Source: Clostridia bacterium (GTDB taxonomy: Bacteria; Bacillota; Clostridia; UMGS1883). From it: a DNA stretch of 15,688 bases. Of the stretch, positions 7,880-15,587 are shown piece by piece; positions within the stretch are counted from its first letter, which is position 1; each line of letters starts with the position of its first letter. The stretch spans positions 1-15,688 of the forward strand of contig JBJDXJ010000017.1 in assembly GCA_051866635.1 (NCBI GenBank). Reading direction: 5' to 3'. The notes under the pieces were generated by a model. That model saw only the letters and a list, made by a program, of their open reading frames with translations. It did not search any database and was not told the origin of the DNA. Both the position numbers and the translations under genes were made by a program.

Positions 7880-8704
7880 ATGGATTACAAAAGAATTCTC
7901 ACAATACAGGATATATCCTGTGTGGGTCAGTGTTCTTTGACTGTGGCACTTCCCATAATATCAGCCTGCGGAATTGAGGTATGCCCCCTTCCCTCGGCTG
8001 TTTTGTCAACCCATACAGGTGGGTTCACCGATTTTACATTCCGTGATTTGACAGAGGATTTTTTATCAATCAGTGACCATTGGGAAAAGGAAAATATTCG
8101 CTTCGATGCAGTTTATACAGGTTATCTTGGCTCTATAAATCAGATTGATATTGTTAAGTTAATTATGGATAAACACAACAACGGTTTAAACATTGTTGAC
8201 CCTGCCATGGCAGATAACGGCAAACTTTATAGTGGCTTTGACATGGATTTTGTAGGAGCTATGGCGTCATTGTGTGCAAAAGCCGATATTATCATCCCCA
8301 ACATGACAGAAGCCTGCCTTTTGACGGGGATTGAATACAAAACAAAATATGACCGTGCATACATCGATTCTGTTTTGTCCGCCCTTTTGGATATGGGCGA
8401 TAAAACAATCATCATTACCGGCGTTAGCTATGATGATGAAACTACAGGTGTTGTAGTTTTTGAAAATGGCAAATATCACTATTACAAACATAAAAAAGTC
8501 CGTGGTGTATGCCACGGAACAGGCGATGTATTTGCTTCCGCATTCACAGGTGCATTAATGCGAGGCAAAAGTGCTTATGATGCGGCAGTTATTGCGGCAG
8601 ATTACACACTTTTATGTATTGAAAATACAATTTCAGACCCCGATCATTGGTACGGTGCAAAATTTGAAACCGCCATAGGTGATTTAATTAATATGTTAAA
8701 ATAA
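7880..8704 (+). CDS. pdxK: Pyridoxamine/pyridoxal kinase (ribokinase superfamily, vitamin B6 salvage)
   Basis: Motifs QDISCVGQCSL, LSTHTGGF, VYTGYLGS, VDPAMADNG, IIPNMTEA and the anion-hole motif HGTGDVFAS. Confidence 0.88.
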   Translation: MDYKRILTIQDISCVGQCSLTVALPIISACGIEVCPLPSAVLSTHTGGFTDFTFRDLTEDFLSISDHWEKENIRFDAVYTGYLGSINQIDIVKLIMDKHNNGLNIVDPAMADNGKLYSGFDMDFVGAMASLCAKADIIIPNMTEACLLTGIEYKTKYDRAYIDSVLSALLDMGDKTIIITGVSYDDETTGVVVFENGKYHYYKHKKVRGVCHGTGDVFASAFTGALMRGKSAYDAAVIAADYTLLCIENTISDPDHWYGAKFETAIGDLINMLK

Positions 8705-8715
8705 CTATCGATTTT

Positions 8716-8748
8716 AAAAGGAATGTGTTGTGACTTCATTCCTTTTTC
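8716..8748 (+). terminator. Intrinsic terminator-like hairpin after pdxK
   Basis: aaaaggaatg (8716-8725) / cattcctttt (8737-8746), followed by T-rich sequence. Confidence 0.6.
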
Positions 8749-8771
8749 TATTACTTTTCAGGAGGTAAACA

Positions 8772-9257
8772 ATGTTCATTCGCCACGCCACACTTTCAGA
8801 TATTGACGAAATAATGGAAATTTACAGCCACGCCCAAAAATTCATGGCTGACAACAATAATCCCAACCAGTGGGGAAGCGTTTATCCTCCAAGGCAGTTA
8901 ATCGAAAATGATATTGACTCAATGTATGTCTGCATGGAAAATGACTTTATTGCCTGCGTTTTTTACTATGCACAGGAAAATGACCCCACCTATGATGTGA
9001 TTTATGAAGGCAGTTGGCAAAACGATTTACCCTACGGTGTTGTACACCGCATTGCATCATCACACATTACAAAAGGTGCCGCACGGTTTTGTCTTAACTG
9101 GGCATATGAAAAATGTAAAAACCTGCGTATTGATACACATAAGGACAACATTCCAATGCAAAACCTTTTAAACAGCTTAGGCTTTAAATACTGCGGCATT
9201 ATCCATTGTGACCACACAGGTGATGAGAGGATGGCTTTCCAAAAAAATCTCCTATAA
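8772..9257 (+). CDS. GNAT family N-acetyltransferase
   Basis: AGGAGG RBS. The motifs IRHATLSD, NPNQW, VVHRIAS..KGAA and LRIDTHKDNIPMQNLLNSLGFKYCGII match the common Bacillota GNAT subfamily. Confidence 0.85.
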   Translation: MFIRHATLSDIDEIMEIYSHAQKFMADNNNPNQWGSVYPPRQLIENDIDSMYVCMENDFIACVFYYAQENDPTYDVIYEGSWQNDLPYGVVHRIASSHITKGAARFCLNWAYEKCKNLRIDTHKDNIPMQNLLNSLGFKYCGIIHCDHTGDERMAFQKNLL

Positions 9258-9404
9258 CTCAATTTTCTGTGAAATGAACTTTTCATTGAAATCTCGCAGA
9301 GAAATTGAATTGGATTGTGCAAATATGTCAATTTTTATGCATAGTTCGTGATGTAGCAAAGTTCCACACATTATGAACAATAGCAGCGATTTTATAAAAA
9401 GATG

Positions 9405-9433
9405 TTGAAAAATTATAAAACATGTTGTATGAT
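9405..9433 (+). promoter_or_regulatory. Putative sigma-A promoter for the small-peptide (toxin) mRNA
   Basis: TTGAAA (9405-9410) - 17 bp - TATGAT (9428-9433). Confidence 0.55.
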
Positions 9434-9528
9434 GTTTTTGTCGGAGAAATCTGACAAAAGGTAAGACTGAAAACAGTGTAAAAGCTGGGCGGTTATGCCA
9501 TCATCTCCCTGAAAGGAGGTGGTAGCTT

Positions 9529-9597
9529 ATGGAATATGTGTACATAATGATGTATATTATCACTTTAATTGTGCTTATTATAACCATAAAAAAATAA
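9529..9597 (+). CDS. 22-aa hydrophobic peptide MEYVYIMMYIITLIVLIITIKK; putative type I (holin-like) membrane toxin
   Basis: Strong RBS AAAGGAGGTG (9512-9521). The peptide is a single TM-like stretch with a C-terminal KK. The RBS is sequestered by atcatctcc (9500-9508), and a convergent antisense promoter exists. The ORF is absent from the supplied track, presumably because of its short length. Confidence 0.72.
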   Translation: MEYVYIMMYIITLIVLIITIKK

Positions 9598-9675
9598 CGC
9601 CCACCGCCAAGTAGTGCGTTATTTTTTATAAACAACATTTATTTGGCATAACCGTTTGAGGTCTTGCCTTTTTCC
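9586..9675 (-). ncRNA. Putative antisense antitoxin RNA (~90 nt), convergent on the peptide gene
   Basis: A perfect minus-strand promoter lies at 9682-9710. The RNA would end at the hairpin aaaaaataacgc/gcgttatttttt (9589-9627), which gives a U-tract on the minus strand. It overlaps the 3' end and 3' UTR of the peptide ORF. Both ends are estimates. Confidence 0.62.
9589..9627. terminator. Hairpin overlapping the peptide stop codon; likely terminator of the antisense RNA
   Basis: 12-bp perfect stem, 9589-9600 / 9616-9627, with A/T tracts on both ends. Confidence 0.65.
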
Positions 9676-9681
9676 ATATTC

Positions 9682-9710
9682 ATTATACGATTAAAATCAT
9701 GTTTTGTCAA
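9682..9710 (-). promoter_or_regulatory. Consensus sigma-A promoter for the antisense RNA
   Basis: Minus strand TTGACA (9710-9705) - 17 bp - TATAAT (9687-9682), with no credible protein-coding gene downstream. Confidence 0.8.
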
Positions 9711-9812
9711 CAAGTGATTTTGTAAATATGTTTACATTCATAAAAATACATTTGAAAGTGTCGGTTAAAAAGTATTGCTTTTTTCCAAAGGTATAGGAAA
9801 AACCTTTTAACC

Positions 9813-9846
9813 TTGACAAATATTAATACATATGATATTCTATAAT
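9813..9846 (+). promoter_or_regulatory. Promoter of the riboswitch-CDF transcript
   Basis: TTGACA (9813-9818) - 17 bp - TATTCT (9836-9841) with an upstream TG; an overlapping TATAAT lies at 9841-9846. Confidence 0.6.
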
Positions 9847-9869
9847 CACTCTTTGCACTGCAAAAACAA

Positions 9870-9981
9870 CAGTACAAACTGAGCAGACCGTGACACAGGT
9901 CATGGGGTCGGGTCGCATAAGCGACAGTGGAATTATTCATCCACGGGACAGTTTCCAATACTGATCCGTGGGTGTTTTTTT
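9870..9981 (+). ncRNA. NiCo (czcD) metal-sensing riboswitch with intrinsic-terminator expression platform
   Basis: Conserved-looking 5' CAGUACAAACUGAGCAG and 3' GGGACAGUU. The four-way junction is P1 9876-81/9949-54, P2 9886-94/9899-9909, P3 9912-16/9921-25 and P4 9927-31/9940-44. A competing terminator forms at 9938-46/9966-74 + T7. The element lies directly upstream of a CDF exporter. Confidence 0.85.
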
Positions 9982-10027
9982 GTCCATATATAATCACATA
10001 ATAATTAGATTTTGAGGGGAATAAAAT

Positions 10028-10948
10028 ATGAAAAAAGAAAAAACAACTATTAACAACGTGTCGGAAAATGAATTCCAGAAGGTTGCAAACAAGGTTTCTA
10101 TGACTACCATCATCGGCAATGTGGCGTTATCTTTAGTGAAGCTCCTTGCAGGTATCATCGCACATTCTTCTGCAATGATAAGCGATGCCGTACATTCCGC
10201 ATCGGATGTTTTCAGCACAATCATGGTTATTATCGGCATTAAGCTGTCTGCCAAGGAAGCTGATAAAGAACACCCTTACGGACATGAGCGTATGGAATGT
10301 GTTGCCGCAAATATTCTTGCCATGATTCTTTTCATTACAGGACTGGGCATAGGCTCTAAAGCTCTGGAAAACATTTTAAGCGGTGATTATACAACACTTC
10401 AGGTCCCCGGTGTTTTTGCTTTAGTTGTGGCGATTTTATCAATTGTTACGAAAGAGCTTATGTACCGATACACAAGGTACTATGCAAAGAAGATTGACTC
10501 CGGTGCACTTATGGCAGATGCGTGGCACCACCGTTCGGACGCCTTTTCTTCCATCGGTGCACTAATAGGTATATTGGGAGCAAGGCTTGGTTTTCCCGTT
10601 ATGGACTCCATTGCCAGTCTTGTAATATTCATCTTTATCGCAAAGGCGGCATTTGACATTTTCAAAGATGCCATGGATAAAATGATTGACCACGCCTGTG
10701 ATGACGAAACTGAAAGAGAGATTTATGATTGCGTTATGAAAAATGAAAAGGTCCTTGGCATCGATTTACTCCAGACACGCATCTTCGGCAACAAAATTTA
10801 CATTGATGTGGAAATTCAGGCAGATGCATCATACACCCTTCAGGAGGCACACAACATAGCGGAAGCTGTCCATGACGATATTGAACAAAACTTTCCCAAG
10901 GTAAAACATATTATGGTTCATGTGAACCCCGCAAAAATTGAAGAATAA
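10028..10948 (+). CDS. Cation diffusion facilitator (CzcD/FieF-like) divalent metal exporter
   Basis: SDAVHSASD and DAWHHRSD (HxxxD metal-site motifs), the HPYGH loop, hydrophobic TM segments, and a C-terminal dimerisation domain ending HIMVHVNP. Confidence 0.93.
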   Translation: MKKEKTTINNVSENEFQKVANKVSMTTIIGNVALSLVKLLAGIIAHSSAMISDAVHSASDVFSTIMVIIGIKLSAKEADKEHPYGHERMECVAANILAMILFITGLGIGSKALENILSGDYTTLQVPGVFALVVAILSIVTKELMYRYTRYYAKKIDSGALMADAWHHRSDAFSSIGALIGILGARLGFPVMDSIASLVIFIFIAKAAFDIFKDAMDKMIDHACDDETEREIYDCVMKNEKVLGIDLLQTRIFGNKIYIDVEIQADASYTLQEAHNIAEAVHDDIEQNFPKVKHIMVHVNPAKIEE

Positions 10949-10957
10949 TAAAATTAG

Positions 10958-10989
10958 AGAGCTTGGAACGAATTGTTCCAAGCTCTTTC
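10958..10989 (+). terminator. Terminator hairpin after the CDF gene
   Basis: agagcttggaac (10958-10969) / gttccaagctct (10975-10986) is a perfect 12-bp stem with a short T-run. Confidence 0.65.
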
Positions 10990-11217
10990 AGCCTGTCGAT
11001 AAACTTATTTTTATTCAATCGCAAGGGGTTTGGGGAGTAAGACTTTCAAAATAAAATAGGAGCCGGAAATCGCATTTTCGGCTCCGAAAGTGGCGATTTT
11101 AGGGGGTCGTAGACCCCTTGCACGAGAAATTGCCACTTTGTTCATTAGAAAAATACAGACCTCAAAGTGCCGAAGGACGTAGTCCGCCTTTGAGGTCCGT
11201 GTCGATACTTCGACACG
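10990..11217. other. Hairpin-dense non-coding element between convergent genes (structured RNA or miniature mobile/repeat element)
   Basis: Stems at 11059-70/11074-85; 11087-99/11127-39 enclosing 11103-08/11112-17; 11158-67/11188-97 enclosing 11175-78/11182-85; and 11198-205/11210-17. Confidence 0.45.
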
Positions 11218-11220
11218 ATT

Positions 11221-12039
11221 TTACAAATTCAGAAAATCTTTTCTGTACTTTACACCGAAAGCCTCTGCAAGTAATTTCATTTCTTCGTCCTTTATGGTGT
11301 TTATCCTTGGAAGATGGGCGGTTAACATATAAATCTGTGCCGCTTTTTCCACCGTTTCAATCAAGCCGAAGGTTTCGTCCATATTTTTGCCTGCACCGTA
11401 AATACCGTGCATGCCCCATACAACAAGCCTGAATTCCTTCATCTTTTCGGCTGTGGCTTCGCCTATTGTGTTATTACCGCAAAGCATCCAAGGAAGAACA
11501 CCCACCCCGTCAGGGAACACAACTATACATTCAGTGCACATTTCCCAAAGGGTGTGTGTAAATTGTTTTTCGTCCAAGGGATGAACATAGTTCATAGCCA
11601 AAGTATTTGTTGGATGGGAATGGATAATAACCCTGTTTTCGTTGTCAACACTAAGTCTTGCCATATGGCTCATAAGATGTGCGGGAAGCTCGCTTGTAAA
11701 CCTGCCTCCGTCTTTATACCCCCACAAAAGTTCCGCAGTTTTTCCGTCCTTACCAATGCGGATTATGCCAAGATTATTTTCAGGGTCTTTTTCCACATTT
11801 TTAAAATATTTGCCTGTGCCTGTCACAATAAAAATCTTCCCGATAAGGCTCTTTGCTTCAAACCCGATGGGGATTGTGCGAATTACATTGTCAATGTCAA
11901 GGTATTCTATAACCTCTTTTTCCTCCAGCATATAGCTTATATTTCCGCCATTTCGCTCGTCCCAGCCAAGGCGGTACATATTAGCGGTTGTGTCCATCAT
12001 TTCTTTTACAAAAGGGGCTGTAAGTATATCTTTCATCAT
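11221..12039 (-). CDS. rhaD: Rhamnulose-1-phosphate aldolase
   Basis: GWDERNGGNIS, VTGTGKYF, TSELPAHL, the HSHPTN zinc motif, and HGIYG. The start overlaps the rhaA stop (ATGA). Confidence 0.95.
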   Translation of the reverse strand: MMKDILTAPFVKEMMDTTANMYRLGWDERNGGNISYMLEEKEVIEYLDIDNVIRTIPIGFEAKSLIGKIFIVTGTGKYFKNVEKDPENNLGIIRIGKDGKTAELLWGYKDGGRFTSELPAHLMSHMARLSVDNENRVIIHSHPTNTLAMNYVHPLDEKQFTHTLWEMCTECIVVFPDGVGVLPWMLCGNNTIGEATAEKMKEFRLVVWGMHGIYGAGKNMDETFGLIETVEKAAQIYMLTAHLPRINTIKDEEMKLLAEAFGVKYRKDFLNL

Positions 12040-13256
12040 CTTTTCACCAAAACTTCCTTCTCGTATTTTAAAACTTCTTCATAATAATTATCTACAACGT
12101 TTTCACGCTTCAAAAATTCCTTCCATATCTGTCCGAAGGGTGCGGTTTTTAACTCCTCAGACAAATACATAAGGTATGTGAAATCGTTGTTTTCCTGTAT
12201 ATCCTTCATATCCGATGGCTCTAAAAGTGCATACAAAAGTGCCTTTTGCACGCTTCTCACCCCTGTAACCCATGCGGAAATACGGTTAATGGAAGCATCA
12301 AAATAGTCAGTTGAAATAAACACCCTGTCAAGTGCATCACAGCGGACAATTTCCTTTGCAATCTCTTTTGTTTCATCGTCAAACAGCACAACGTGGTCGC
12401 TGTCCCATCTTACAGGCCGTGTAACGTGAAGGGCAATTTTGTCGTTGAAAAGCAGTAGTGATGATATTTTGTCGCTTACCATTTCCGTGGGATGATAGTG
12501 TCCGTTGTCCATAAGTGGCGTTACGCCCTTTTCTTGTGCATAGGAAAGGCAAAATTCCGAAGACCCTACAGTATATGATTCAAGCCCGATACCGAAAACC
12601 TTGCTTTCAATGGTTATGTACACATTGTTTTTATCGTAGGGTGTCTCAAGTATTTCATCAAGGGATTTTTTAAACCTTGCACGGGGGCCAAGCCTATCTG
12701 CAGGTATGTCCTTATATCCGTCTGGAATCCATATATTCATAACGCAAGGTACACCGGTCTCGCGGGCAAAATAATCTGCAATACGCACGCACTGTACCCC
12801 GTGGCGTACCCAGTAGGAACGCACTTCTTCATCGGGGGATGAAAGTGTAAGGTTGTCACGAACCATAGGATGGGAGAAAAATGTGGGGTTAAAGTCAAGA
12901 CCAATATTTCTCTCCTTCGCAAAATCCACCCATTCTTGAAAGTCCTCGGGTTCTATCTTGTCCCTTCCCTTATCTCCCTTTAAAATAGCGTAGCTTGCAT
13001 GGAGATTAAGTTTCTTTTTTCCGGGGATTAGAGAAAAAGCCTCGTCAATATCTGCCATTAATTCTTCGGGTGTTGTTGCCTTTCCAATATAATTGCCCGT
13101 TGCCTGAATACCGCCCGACAACGCTTCACGATTGTCAAAGCCTGTCACATCGTCACCTTGCCAACAATGAACCGAAATTGTAACATTTCTAAGTTTTTCA
13201 ATAGCTTCTTCCACATCTACACCTAAAGCGGCGTAATATTTTTTTGCATCCTCCAT
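12036..13256 (-). CDS. rhaA: L-rhamnose isomerase
   Basis: ISVHCWQGDDVTGF, GGIQATGNY, NLHASYA, LDFNPTFFSH, NIWIPDG, ESKVFGIG, GHYHPTE, RPVRWDSDHVV, DYFDASINR; AGGAGG RBS. Confidence 0.96.
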   Translation of the reverse strand: MEDAKKYYAALGVDVEEAIEKLRNVTISVHCWQGDDVTGFDNREALSGGIQATGNYIGKATTPEELMADIDEAFSLIPGKKKLNLHASYAILKGDKGRDKIEPEDFQEWVDFAKERNIGLDFNPTFFSHPMVRDNLTLSSPDEEVRSYWVRHGVQCVRIADYFARETGVPCVMNIWIPDGYKDIPADRLGPRARFKKSLDEILETPYDKNNVYITIESKVFGIGLESYTVGSSEFCLSYAQEKGVTPLMDNGHYHPTEMVSDKISSLLLFNDKIALHVTRPVRWDSDHVVLFDDETKEIAKEIVRCDALDRVFISTDYFDASINRISAWVTGVRSVQKALLYALLEPSDMKDIQENNDFTYLMYLSEELKTAPFGQIWKEFLKRENVVDNYYEEVLKYEKEVLVKR

Positions 13257-13259
13257 TAT

Positions 13260-14624
13260 TTATACCTCCTTAATATCGAAAGACTTTTTCACTAATTCTC
13301 TTGCATTTTCAATTGTCAAATCTTTATCAAGATACATCATCTGACTTATAATATTTCCCGTTGCGGTTGCTTCCACAGGTCCCATATAAACGGGCTTTTT
13401 TGTATATTCATGTAAAAGATAGTTTAAGTACCCGTCACGGCTTCCGCCACCTACAACCCCTATGCTTGTGCAGCTTGTTTCTGTTATGGTTTCAATTTCT
13501 TCAACAGTTTCCTTATATGCCTTTGCCAAAGAATGGTACGTTGCACTTAAAACATCACTTACAGGCAGTTTTTCATCACCTAAAAGTTTTCTTATGGCAC
13601 TTATCATACAATCAGGTGCGGTAAGTGTACTGTCATTTGGGTTAAATGTTTTTGTATATGTACTGCATTTTGCCATATTCATCATTTCGTCGTAAGTGTA
13701 CTTTTTATCAAGGCTCTTCCTTATCCCCTGGAAAAGCCACATACCCATAATGTTTTTTAAAAACCTGTAACGGTAGTTAATTCCGCCTTCATTTGTAAAG
13801 TTTGCTTTTTCTGCACGGCTTTTAAGACAAGGCTCCTTAAGTTCAACGCCCATCAGGCTCCATGTGCCTGATGATATGTAAACCCCTCCTTCATCTAACG
13901 GGCAGGCTAAAACTGCCGAGGCAGTATCGTGGCTGGGGCAGAAAAGGACAAGGGAGTTAAACCCTGCTTCTTTTTGTATTTCCTCCTTAAATTCTCCCAC
14001 CAAAGCCGGCGGCATATCAAGGGGCTTAAAAATATTTTTGTCAATGCCCAGCTTTTCTAAAATTTCCCCGTCCCATGTTTTTTCTGTTGCATTTACAAGG
14101 TTTGTGGTTGTAGCGTTTGTATATTCATTTTTAATAACCCCGGTCAGTTTAAAGGAAAGATATTCGGGCATCATCAAAAAATGCTTTGCCTTATCTAATT
14201 TCCCTGTCAGCTTATCTGTATAAAGCTGATAAATTGTATTAAAGCTTTGTGTCTGTATTCCGCATCTTTCATACAAATCGGGACAAAGCGTTTTTACAGT
14301 GTCAATAACCTCATCGCACCGACTGTCCCTATAGCACATACAAGGCAAAATCTCTTTTTTGTTTTCGTCAAGAAGAACATAGTCAACACCCCATGTGTCA
14401 ATTGCCACGGTTTTGGGGATTTTCCCAATCTCGCCGCATTTTTTAATGCCTTTTTTTACATTTTCAAAAAGAGCTTCTATATCCCATATAAGACTTCCGT
14501 TTTCCGTTTTATATCCGTTTTCGAAACGGTAAATTTCTTCCGTAACAATCCTTCCGCTATCAATATGAGATAGAAGATGCCTACCCGATGAGGCTCCGAT
14601 GTCTATCGCCAGATTATACACCAT
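13260..14624 (-). CDS. rhaB: Rhamnulokinase (FGGY kinase family)
   Basis: LAIDIGASSGR, IDTWGVDY, SHDTASAV, ISSGTWSLMG, FTNEGG, RFLKNIMGMW, VVGGGS, GPVEATA. Start moved to ATG 14624 (MVYNLAID..) because the RBS-like GAAAGGCG precedes it. Confidence 0.94.
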   Translation of the reverse strand: MVYNLAIDIGASSGRHLLSHIDSGRIVTEEIYRFENGYKTENGSLIWDIEALFENVKKGIKKCGEIGKIPKTVAIDTWGVDYVLLDENKKEILPCMCYRDSRCDEVIDTVKTLCPDLYERCGIQTQSFNTIYQLYTDKLTGKLDKAKHFLMMPEYLSFKLTGVIKNEYTNATTTNLVNATEKTWDGEILEKLGIDKNIFKPLDMPPALVGEFKEEIQKEAGFNSLVLFCPSHDTASAVLACPLDEGGVYISSGTWSLMGVELKEPCLKSRAEKANFTNEGGINYRYRFLKNIMGMWLFQGIRKSLDKKYTYDEMMNMAKCSTYTKTFNPNDSTLTAPDCMISAIRKLLGDEKLPVSDVLSATYHSLAKAYKETVEEIETITETSCTSIGVVGGGSRDGYLNYLLHEYTKKPVYMGPVEATATGNIISQMMYLDKDLTIENARELVKKSFDIKEV

Positions 14625-14766
14625 AAAATTCACGCCTTTCGTAAAAATAAGGCAAGATCGCAAACAAAGTCTGCCCCTTGCCTTAATAATAACACATGCA
14701 TATGAAAAACACAATTTAATTTTGTTTATCCCATATTTGATTTTGATGAAAAACTTACTGTACTAT

Positions 14767-14796
14767 AAACAGCCTCACAAATCTGCAAGACTGTTT
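14767..14796 (-). terminator. Hairpin after the HTH gene; probable terminator of the DUF2975-HTH operon
   Basis: Minus strand aaacagtcttgca-gatt-tgtgaggctgttt forms a 13-bp stem whose G-U pairs work only on the minus strand. The U-tract is weak. Confidence 0.5.
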
Positions 14797-14807
14797 GAAA
14801 ATATGCA

Positions 14808-15017
14808 TCACTCTTTTTGAAACTCCAAAATATCGCCCGCTTCGCAATCAAGTGCCTCACATATTGCAGCAAGAGTATTGAAGCGAATTGCAGTCACCTT
14901 GTTATTTTTAATCTTTGAAAGATTGACATTGGAAATGCCCACTCGTTCCGCAAGCTCATTGAGAGACATTTTCCTTTCCACCATCATCCTGTCCAAACGG
15001 AGAACAATTTTACTCAT
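14808..15017 (-). CDS. YozG-type Cro/C1 helix-turn-helix transcriptional regulator
   Basis: IVLRLDRMMVERKMSLNELAERVGISNVNLSKIKNNKVTAIRFNTLAAICEALDCEAGDILEF; located in its usual position downstream of a DUF2975 gene. Confidence 0.9.
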   Translation of the reverse strand: MSKIVLRLDRMMVERKMSLNELAERVGISNVNLSKIKNNKVTAIRFNTLAAICEALDCEAGDILEFQKE

Positions 15018-15029
15018 GTCGGCACCCCC

Positions 15030-15587
15030 TTACAGAAGCCCTTCAACGTCTTTTTCCAAGTTTGCTCCGTGGATAAAATACTGCGTAATGCACAGAACAA
15101 TAATTCCCATACAGATTCCGCTTTGGTTAACACTAATCTCCACAGCATCTACACCAATCACAAGACGAATAATGATACTCATAATAAAACCAATCACCGG
15201 TACAGCAATAGAGAAGATACCAATTTCCTTCATCATACGGATATTATCCTTTTGGAAAGGAGAAGCGTTTTCGGACTTTTTAAAGATAAGGTACAGATTG
15301 CGGAACACCATTGCCATAACAGCCAAGATAATAGTCGCACCAATGCCAAAAAGCATAAATGATGTCATATCTGTGTTTCCGTTGGTGACAGGAGCATTGA
15401 CTTCAAAGCCATATACCTCCAGATTTGTGCCGCAGCAATCCTTTACATCAAAGCCCACAAAGTATTTTACCAAATCGGGAGCTACCACCGAGCAGACGGT
15501 AGCTGCCGCCATCAGCACAACCGCAACCCAATGGAACACTTCCAGTATCTTTGTAACGACCTTTGCAATTTTGTTAATGCTTTTCAT
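15030..15587 (-). CDS. DUF2975-family membrane protein
   Basis: About four TM segments, the motif SPFQKDNIRMMKEIG and the C-terminal FIHGANLEKDVEGLL; paired with a YozG-type HTH gene. Confidence 0.8.
   Translation of the reverse strand: MKSINKIAKVVTKILEVFHWVAVVLMAAATVCSVVAPDLVKYFVGFDVKDCCGTNLEVYGFEVNAPVTNGNTDMTSFMLFGIGATIILAVMAMVFRNLYLIFKKSENASPFQKDNIRMMKEIGIFSIAVPVIGFIMSIIIRLVIGVDAVEISVNQSGICMGIIVLCITQYFIHGANLEKDVEGLL

Noticed and set aside
9259-9308. Long imperfect AT-rich hairpin after the GNAT stop
   Set aside because: It is bulged and lacks a clear U-tract. It may be a weak terminator or stability element, but support is insufficient.
9707-10254. Minus-strand ORFs 9707-9997 and 9994-10254
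   Set aside because: They overlap the riboswitch, its promoter and the CDF gene on the opposite strand, and show no recognisable protein features.
11118-12172. Plus-strand ORFs including the 225-aa 11407-12084
   Set aside because: They are antisense to the well-supported rhaD and rhaA genes, with no domain signal.
14625-14714. 30-aa N-terminal extension of rhaB in the ORF track
   Set aside because: Kinase homology begins at MVYNLAIDIG, which has its own RBS; the extension covers promoter and leader DNA.
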